Of a DNA stretch of 64,000 bases, positions 56,991 through 64,000 are shown piece after piece (position 1 is the first letter of the stretch; every line of letters begins with the position of its first letter). The stretch is taken from assembly GCA_963733375.1 (NCBI GenBank), contig CAVTDB010000009.1:1-64000 (forward strand), read 5' to 3'. The notes beneath the pieces were generated by a model that had not been told where the DNA came from, ran no database searches, and saw only the letters and a list, made by a program, of their open reading frames with translations. The stretch is from Nitrospirota bacterium. Its GTDB lineage: Bacteria; Nitrospirota; JACRHJ01. Made by a program: the position numbers and the translations under genes.

Positions 56991-58307
56991 TTACTTCTTT
57001 ATAAGTTTCTTCCAGTCCTCGGTCCCGGTCTTGGGCGCGTCTTTCAGGCCCAGCTTCTTCCTCTGGGCCTTGGAGGGCTCGCCTAAGCGTCCGGTCTGGT
57101 TGAACATCTCTATCGCCTTCGCGGTCGTCGGCTGTACATAGCCCTTCTGGATGGCCATCTGCTTCAACTGGTGGAACACCTTCTCCATCCCGTAGCACTG
57201 CGGGCACAGCTCAAGGCAGGTATGGCACTCGACGCACCGCCAGATGTCCGGCGACTTCAGGAGTTCGTCCAGGTCTTCCGTGAGGACTCTCTTCATCATG
57301 GAATGGAGGTTCACCCCTTCCACGGACAGCGTCACCGGGCAGTCGTTCGTGCAGGCCGCGCAGTTAACGCAGCGCTCTATGGACGCGACGTCGAAAATCG
57401 CTTTCGTCTTCGTATGCTCGCCGATATTCTTCTCCCATTTCTGTACGAACGCGGCGGTATCGATCTTGTGCATGTCGATGCCGATTTCCGCGGGAGAGAA
57501 GCCCATGGCCAGGGCTAAAAGCTCCTGGTAGGAGATTACGGGGAGGTTGTATTTTTCGCCGGAGCGGGCGAGCATGAACTGCTGCGTGTCGTACTGCGAA
57601 TAGCAGGACGGGCATACGGTGGTGATGGCGTCGGCTTCAAGGCTTTTAAGCTCCTGGAGCTTCCTTCTTAAAAGGTCCTGGCCCTCGGAGACGTTCCCCA
57701 CGTTGCTTAAACCCCCGCCGCAGCAGAGCATCTTGGTGGTATAGTTCATGCTCTTCGCGCCGATTGCGTTCACCAGCGCGTCGAACTTCACCGGCTGGAT
57801 CGGGTCGTCGAAGTTCAAGACCTTCGCCGGGCGCATCATATGGCAGCCGTAATGCACCCCTATCTTCATCCCCTTCAGGGGCTTCTTCACGTATGTCGCG
57901 ATTTTCGCCGGGGAGATGACGTCGTGGAACAGCTCCAGCATGTGGAGCACCTTGACCTTCCCCTCGTACTTCATGCCGATGGCGGCCAGCTCTTTGTTGA
58001 CCATCGCCATCAGCTTCGGAGACTTGTGGAGTTCGGCTTTTGCGCCTTTTAACGTGCCGTAACAGCCGTTGCAGGGGGTAACGAGCGGCAGGCCGGTCTT
58101 TTCCGCAAGGGCCAGGTTTCTGGCGGCGGTAATCAGCCAGAGGTCGTCCCCCATGCTCTTTACCAGCTCCTTTTCGGGGCAGCAGGTAAAGCCGTCAAGG
58201 TCCACTATATCTATTTCCATCCGCTCGGCCACCAGCCTTGCCGCCTTTTCCTGGAAGGCGAAGCGGGCGGGGATGGTGCAACCCCAGAAGAACACGTAGC
58301 TTTTCAT
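56991..58307 (-). CDS. Heterodisulfide-reductase-like HdrB-HdrC fusion
   Basis: Two CCG domains (F.GC...TCCP...PCNGCY; HYGCH...CCG...CPSC..QYD), then CVNCAACTNDCP and IWRCVECHTCLELCP. Confidence 0.9.
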   Translation of the reverse strand: MKSYVFFWGCTIPARFAFQEKAARLVAERMEIDIVDLDGFTCCPEKELVKSMGDDLWLITAARNLALAEKTGLPLVTPCNGCYGTLKGAKAELHKSPKLMAMVNKELAAIGMKYEGKVKVLHMLELFHDVISPAKIATYVKKPLKGMKIGVHYGCHMMRPAKVLNFDDPIQPVKFDALVNAIGAKSMNYTTKMLCCGGGLSNVGNVSEGQDLLRRKLQELKSLEADAITTVCPSCYSQYDTQQFMLARSGEKYNLPVISYQELLALAMGFSPAEIGIDMHKIDTAAFVQKWEKNIGEHTKTKAIFDVASIERCVNCAACTNDCPVTLSVEGVNLHSMMKRVLTEDLDELLKSPDIWRCVECHTCLELCPQCYGMEKVFHQLKQMAIQKGYVQPTTAKAIEMFNQTGRLGEPSKAQRKKLGLKDAPKTGTEDWKKLIKK

Positions 58308-58528
58308 TAAAAAATCTCCGTCAGCCTGAAACGGGCCTAAAATGCCTCCCTTAGAGGCGGATATTGATGCTATAAAAACAGCCACTTAATGTCAAGATTT
58401 TTTTCCTGGAAAAGCGGCAGAAGTTACTTTTTAGGAATTATAACTGGTATCGAACTCCAAGTCCAGCAAAAATTGTATAACCTCGGCTATTTAAAAATCA
58501 CCATAAAAAGGCTATAATATTAAAGGCT

Positions 58529-58996
58529 ATGGGTACTAAATCTGTTTTGCATAAGATGCTCGGAATATCGACCGCCGTTTTTGCCATTTTACTGGCGGAT
58601 GCGGGAAGCGCGTGGGCCGTCCAGCCGCATACGGGGCCGGAAGGTTATTACGCGCATCAGGCGGCCCATCTGCTCTTCATATGTTCGATGGTCTACCTGA
58701 TAGTCCTGCTGGGTAAGCCTGCCTTAAGGCGCCTTTCGGGTTGGCAGTATATACGCCTGGCCTCGTTTTTCTTCCTGCTTTGGAACGTGGACGCTTTTAT
58801 CGCGCATATTATGGAATGGCTTATGGTGCCGAGGGAAAAATTTATCAGCGGCTCCTGGCTGCTCGTGGAGGACCTGAAGTCGGAGGTCTATTACGTAACC
58901 CGCCTGATAGAGTACTTCTTCCTTGTGCCGGCATTTCTATTCATGGCCCTTGGGGTGAGGCGTCTCAAGGGACAGATTGAACGGGAGAAGGAATGA
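58529..58996 (+). CDS. Conserved His-containing membrane protein, translationally coupled to the sensor
   Basis: Signal peptide, Q.H.GPEG.YAHQ.AH motif, three TM segments; ATGA overlap with the next gene. Confidence 0.7.
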   Translation: MGTKSVLHKMLGISTAVFAILLADAGSAWAVQPHTGPEGYYAHQAAHLLFICSMVYLIVLLGKPALRRLSGWQYIRLASFFFLLWNVDAFIAHIMEWLMVPREKFISGSWLLVEDLKSEVYYVTRLIEYFFLVPAFLFMALGVRRLKGQIEREKE

Positions 58997-60082
58997 CAAG
59001 CCTTCGGCCGATCTGGACAATAGATATAATTTCAAACTCCGTGCTGTTGGCCATATCGATCTACCTGCTGGTGGAAACGAAAAGGATAAGGGCCATGCGT
59101 CCCCATGTCCTTTTGTGGATGTACCTGTACTGGCAGGCCGTCGCCTTGACGATATTCGTATTTTCTCACTCGGTGGCGCACATCGTCCAGCGCGTGATGG
59201 TATTAATGGGGTATCGGCCATACCTGGGAAGAAATCGCGCCTGTTACCGGCGGGATAAACACGCTCACGTTCGTGGTGGTGGCGATACTGACATTCCTCT
59301 ACCGGGACCTGGAATCGGCGAGCGAGCGGTACGGGACTCTCTCCGAGACGAAGAAGGAACTGGAGCAGTCCATGATAATGCTGCAGGAGTCCTCGGAGAA
59401 GATTGAACGGGATGCGGAGGAGATATTCCAGAAGAACCGTGAACTTTCGGCCCTTAACAGGATCGCGACAGAGATCGGCAAGTCCCTAGAACTGGACAAG
59501 GTCATGTCGGCGACGATCAGGGAGGTAAAGGACCTGGTCAAGGCGGATTTCCTGGCGGTATACCTGGTGAAAGGCGACAAGATAGTCCTGCAGGTGAGCG
59601 AAGGTCTGACCGGAAACCTCCTCGATAAGGCAGCCGTGCGGAGCGCCGATGAGCCCTGGGTCAAGAGGGAAATCCTGCAAGGCAGGGCGTTCTTCGTGCA
59701 GGAAAGCCTTTCCGAAAAAACCGGCAAGATAGATGAAGACTTCAAAAAAGGGGGCCTTCAGGCCTGGACCGCGGTACCTATAATGGCCAAGGGCAAGGTG
59801 GTCGGAGTCCTCTCGGTCGGCTCGACCAGTTTTGACGGCATCGACCAGCGGCAGATAAATACCCTCACGACTATAGGCAGTTACGTAGGCATAGTCATAG
59901 AGAACTCCATGCTCTACGAGGAGCTGAAGCAGAAAGTTGACGACCTGGAGCGGTTCAGCAGGTTCTCCGTCGGCCGGGAGATGAGGATATTGGAGATGAA
60001 GGAGAAGCTAAGCCGCCTGACGGCAAACCGCCAGGATGTTTCTTCAAAACCCGAAAAAGACGAGGCGCAGGAGCTTCCATGA
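58993..60082 (+). CDS. Membrane GAF-domain sensor-like protein with no output domain (indel ~59240)
   Basis: TM region, coiled coil, ELSALNRIA..SLEL, VPI..KGKVVGVL, IENS.LYE, ends VGREMRILEMK. Confidence 0.8.
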
Positions 60083-60375
60083 TTATTAAAAACGAGGATA
60101 TAGATTCCGTACTTCTTGCCGTCCCGGAAGGGCACAGGCACCTGCGGCTCGCGCTGACGACGAAGGACGGGAAGAAAGTAGTCCTGCAGGAGGCGGCGGT
60201 GGCGGCAATCGTGCGGGCGTATGTTACCGTGAAGACACACCCGCAGATGAGGGCGATAAAATTAATCTCCGCGAAACCGGAGCATCTGAAGGAAGGCTAT
60301 GCGGCCGACCAGCTTATCGAGTCCGAGGCGGACGAGGCGGTGATAGAGCAGATGACGCGGCTGTTGGCCGGTTAA
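60079..60375 (+). CDS. Conserved hypothetical protein
   Basis: ATGA-coupled 98-aa ORF with PEGH.HLR, LQEA.VAAIVRAYV..KTHP. Confidence 0.7.
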   Translation: MIIKNEDIDSVLLAVPEGHRHLRLALTTKDGKKVVLQEAAVAAIVRAYVTVKTHPQMRAIKLISAKPEHLKEGYAADQLIESEADEAVIEQMTRLLAG

Positions 60376-60489
60376 ATTACCCGCCTGGCCGGGCGCGACG
60401 CCCCGATGCGCCGAAATTCCTGGATTCTGTCTTCGCAATCGCTCTGGACAGATAAATCTTGCCCGCCTGCGCGAGAATCGACGTACCCG

Positions 60490-61085
60490 TTAAATTTCCC
60501 GCATAAATTCCAGCAGCGCGTCGTGGAACATCTCCGGGTTGTCCAGGTAAGCCGGGTGCTTCCCTTCCGGGGATGACAAGCAGTTTCGAGCCTGTTAATC
60601 TCCCGGTTTAAAAATTCCGCATTCGATATCGGCGCTATATGGTCTTTCTCTCCCCAGACGATGAGAGTCGGCACCCGGATCGTCTTTATACGCTCCCGGT
60701 TCTCGTCCACGCCTACCGACCCGACCAGCACCAGCCCCCCGACCATCTCCTGATGTTCCAGGGCAAAGTTTATGCAGATGCGCCCACCCATCGACGGCCC
60801 GACCATCACGGGTTTTTTTAAACTGTCCGCTTCAAAGAGCTTCAGCAGGACTTCATCCGGCCCCGTCCCGCATTTCTTGGAGAGGCCGAAGCCAGGCATA
60901 TCCACGGCGGTAACGTCATAGCCCGCCATCCCCAGGACTTCAAGCGTCCCCAAATCCGCCCAGGTCTGCGCCTGAAAGCTCATCCCGTGAAGTAACAGGA
61001 TGTCTTTCCCCTTCGCGCTCCCGGCTTTAAGGCAGTTCAACTCGCACGGACCGGCTTTTATAGTTTTCTGGATTATTCCGGACAT
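60490..61085 (-). CDS. Alpha/beta hydrolase (ABHD14-like; indel near the 3' end)
   Basis: LLHG, DMPGFG.S, GPSMGG, VWGEKD, then HPAYLDNP..F in a shifted frame. Confidence 0.9.
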
Positions 61086-61122
61086 GGAATTAAGTATATC
61101 AAAGAAGAGGGGCGGGTAGAGG

Positions 61123-62271
61123 CTATCTATACACCGGCAAATACACCGTAAACGTCGTCCCTTTGCCCGGCTCGCTGTCCACTTTTATCGTCCCGCCGTG
61201 CTCCTCGATTACCTTCAGCGAGAGCGCGAGTCCCAGGCCAAGCCCCCCGCCCTTGGTGGAGTAAAACGGGTTGAATATGTCCTTCAGCGCGTCCGGCTCA
61301 ATGCCGCTCCCGCTATCGGAGATGGTGACCGCGAGCATGGTCTTCTTGCCCTTTTCGGTCTTTATCGAGGAGTACAGGAAATCGGAAGGTATGCCCGTCC
61401 CGAGCGTCAGCACGCCGCCGTGGGACATGGACTCCACCGCGTTCTTGATAAGGTTTAAGAAAACACCCTGGAGGCTGGACTCGTCGCCTTCCAGTTCCGG
61501 GACGGATGGGTCGTACTCGCGCTTCACCTTCAGTTTAAGCCGCTTAATCTCAGGGGCCATCAGGGTAAGGGACTCGTCCAGGACGCTGTGCAGGTTCAGC
61601 GGGGCCGTCCTCGGAAGCCCCGGCCGGGACAGGCCCCGGAGGGATTCCAGTATCCCCGTCAGCCGGTCCACCTGCTTTACGATCACGCCCAGGTATTCGG
61701 ACAGGGATTCCTCGGCCGGGAGCCCTTTTATTTCCTCAAGGAGCAGCTGCGAGGCCCCTTTTATCCCGCCCAAGGGATTTCTTAGCTCATGCGCGACGGA
61801 GGCCGCCATCGTGCCCAGGTATGCCAGGCGCTCCGACTTCTTGATCGCTTCCTCCAATTCCCGCAGCCGGGAAGCCTCCCGAAGCGAGAGCGCGACTCCC
61901 AGCGTCTGGCCGTCCGGCCCCTCGATTGGCGAGGCCGAGGCCTCGACCGGGACCATCGTCGCATCCGGCCTTATAAGCTCGGTGGTAAACCCGGTATGGG
62001 GCCTGCCGGACGATAACGTACGCGATATCAGCCCGGTCAGCCCCTGGTTGCCCTTGAAGAATGTCTCCTTTGCCGTCTTGCCCATGGCGTCAGCGGAGAG
62101 CATGGCAAGCTCATGGGCGGCGCGGTTTGCGCTTTGAAGCTTTAAGGCGCCGTCGAAAACCATTATCCCTTCCGGAATAGAGTACAGGACCTCTTCATAG
62201 TACTCCGGGGTTCCCGTCTTCGGGAGGGCGGGGGCGGCGTCCTGCGTTTTTGGGGAGGTTTTTTTGGGCAT
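61123..62271 (-). CDS. Soluble PAS histidine kinase, NtrB/GlnL-like
   Basis: PAS; AHELRNPLGGIKGASQLL; REYDPS.P; NLIKNA; D.G.G; F.PF.STK..GLGL. Confidence 0.88.
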   Translation of the reverse strand: MPKKTSPKTQDAAPALPKTGTPEYYEEVLYSIPEGIMVFDGALKLQSANRAAHELAMLSADAMGKTAKETFFKGNQGLTGLISRTLSSGRPHTGFTTELIRPDATMVPVEASASPIEGPDGQTLGVALSLREASRLRELEEAIKKSERLAYLGTMAASVAHELRNPLGGIKGASQLLLEEIKGLPAEESLSEYLGVIVKQVDRLTGILESLRGLSRPGLPRTAPLNLHSVLDESLTLMAPEIKRLKLKVKREYDPSVPELEGDESSLQGVFLNLIKNAVESMSHGGVLTLGTGIPSDFLYSSIKTEKGKKTMLAVTISDSGSGIEPDALKDIFNPFYSTKGGGLGLGLALSLKVIEEHGGTIKVDSEPGKGTTFTVYLPVYR

Positions 62272-62955
62272 TTAGAGGAGGAGTTTTTCCAGGCTGCCGA
62301 AGTGCTCGACGGTTATAATATGCTCCGAGGGCGGGAGCTCTGTATGCTCGTGCTGCCAGGTCATGGAAAAAGGTATAAAGACGGAGCGCACCCCGTTTTG
62401 AACTGCAGGGAGGATGTCCGAGCGGGGCGAATCCCCTATCATCCAGGTCTCGTCAGGCAGGAGTCCCAGCTCTTCCAGCATCCCCCGGAAAATCTGCTTA
62501 TCCTTCTCCGGCACTACCTTGACATGGTGAAAATATTTTCTCAAGGGGGATTTCTCGATTTTACCGAGTTGCTCTTCCGGATTGCCTTTCGTGTACATTA
62601 TCATCCTGTACCGGCTGGCGAGTTTGGGCACCGTCTCCTCCACCCCACGCAGGAGACTCACTGGGTGGTAAAAGACTTCCTCCCCTATCTTTTCTATTTT
62701 TTCAAGCACTTCCGGGTCCGGCGCCGGCGAAAGCCAGCGGTACACGTCCGCCATCGACATCGCCTGGCTCTTAGCCCCGTAGCCGTAGCGGGAGACGTTC
62801 TCCATCTCCAGGCTGAGGAGCAGGCTGTCGGCCTGCTCCCGCGGATGGCCCAGGGCCTCCATGAGCGAGACGAATTTCTTATGCGCCTCTATGAAATAGC
62901 GGTTATTTTCCCAGAGCGTGTCGTCGCAGTCGATTATAAGGTTCCGTGGAAGCAT
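62272..62955 (-). CDS. HAD-family hydrolase
   Basis: DCDDTLW.N, TKG...Q..K, MIGDS.RSDI.PA. Confidence 0.92.
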   Translation of the reverse strand: MLPRNLIIDCDDTLWENNRYFIEAHKKFVSLMEALGHPREQADSLLLSLEMENVSRYGYGAKSQAMSMADVYRWLSPAPDPEVLEKIEKIGEEVFYHPVSLLRGVEETVPKLASRYRMIMYTKGNPEEQLGKIEKSPLRKYFHHVKVVPEKDKQIFRGMLEELGLLPDETWMIGDSPRSDILPAVQNGVRSVFIPFSMTWQHEHTELPPSEHIITVEHFGSLEKLLL

Positions 62956-63193
62956 TCAGGAATTTTAGCAAAGACCCCCGGTCAATTCAAGTTAATTAGG
63001 AATTTCCGGCATTTCCCTAAGTAGGTCTTTCTTGTTAATTCCCTGGTTTATGATACTAGCCTACGCATGAAAAATTCATAACTAAAGTTTTAACTTGATC
63101 TTTGGTGATAATGAATATATTATAAGAATCTGCATATTTAACTAAAATACTTATGTTTGCCTACTTTGCCAAATTTCAATCTGGAGGAAAACA

Positions 63194-64000
63194 ATGAGAT
63201 ACTTGTCCACTAGATGGGGGGGGGGGGTATGTTTAGTCTGCTCCTACTCATTTTACAGCCGTCGTTGCAACCGGAGAAGGCCTGATCCGCTTTTGCCGCG
63301 ACCATAGGCTGCGGTCAGTGCCACGGGATTGATAAATACCTCTTCAGTCCGGTATCACATATCAGGGGTAAGTCCTACGAGGACATAATACTCCGCAGAC
63401 CGACAACCTGTCGATTCCGGCTGTGGTTTTACCGGCATACACATGGACTACTCTTCCGTGAGTTTCGGGATGATGGTTCAAAGGGGCAACTGCAACTACT
63501 GCCACAACCAAATGTCCATGAACCGGCTTCGTACGTTTTCCGGTACTTCGCCGCGAGCGGCAAAACCAGTTCAGTCGGGTTGAAGGCAACGTCTCGGGTA
63601 CGGGGATCGGTTCAAACGGCATAGACATCCTCTCTGGTGGGACGGCGACCTGCCGAAGGCCTGCCACAAAGGTACGTCCGCCGTCACACCGCCCCGTGGG
63701 GAAACTACACGTCGGCTTCCGTAAGCTCACCTGCACAGCTGCCATGCGGACGTTAACGGCGCTACCGGCCAGACCTGCCTGTCCGGGACCACGCGGGGCA
63801 TCTGGGTGACGGTGTCATCGTACCGGGCCGCATCAGATGACTCGGCAAACGACGCCGGATGCGCGACTGCCACCCGACACACGGGCCAGGGCAGGCGTCC
63901 ATAGATACCGGCACCGTGAAGGCTTATCCGCCTCGTCGGACGGCCTAACGTAGTGCCTGATAACGTCACACTTCAAGGCAATATCTCCAACCCGGTAAAA
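63194..64000 (+). CDS. Secreted multiheme c-type cytochrome (Geobacter CxxxxCH...CxxCH type), heavily frameshifted, runs off the window
   Basis: GGAGG RBS + ATG; intact CGQCH (63310) and CNYCH (63491); indel-broken TC..ACH, PWG...KLTC.SCH and GC.DCH. Not in the ORF track. Confidence 0.75.

Noticed and set aside
56991-58307. Hdr gene as evidence of methanogenesis or a bifurcating HdrABC complex
   Set aside because: Bacterial context, and no hdrA, mvhD or flx genes nearby in this window.

Overview
A GC-rich bacterial chromosome segment. Gene content looks Deltaproteobacteria/Nitrospirota-like, which is an inference. Many genes are broken by single-base indels, most likely long-read or metagenome consensus errors. 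Housekeeping content: obgE-rpmA-rplU, rnr, tRNA-Leu(GAG), ilvE, scpAB, trpS, xerD, a CBS-containing tRNA nucleotidyltransferase, rsmE, a CIRCE-controlled hrcA-grpE-dnaK-dnaJ operon, argCJ, rplM-rpsI, NFACT/RqcH and aroE. Other loci: a type IV pilus cluster (pilB-T-C-S-R, two pilins, a sigma54 promoter, a PilGHI-like ABC system), a B12-radical-SAM/FabD/FabG/FabZ lipid cluster, an AT-rich islet with DUF433 and a broken DpnI-like endonuclease, a GAF sensor with no output domain, and the start of a Geobacter-type multiheme cytochrome. The two most notable observations are (1) a three-gene split glutamate synthase led by an HdrB-HdrC fusion where a GltD would be expected, a candidate thiol-coupled glutamate synthase, and (2) a family of double-hairpin repeats sitting right after stop codons inside operons, with related units inserted in-frame in proteins.
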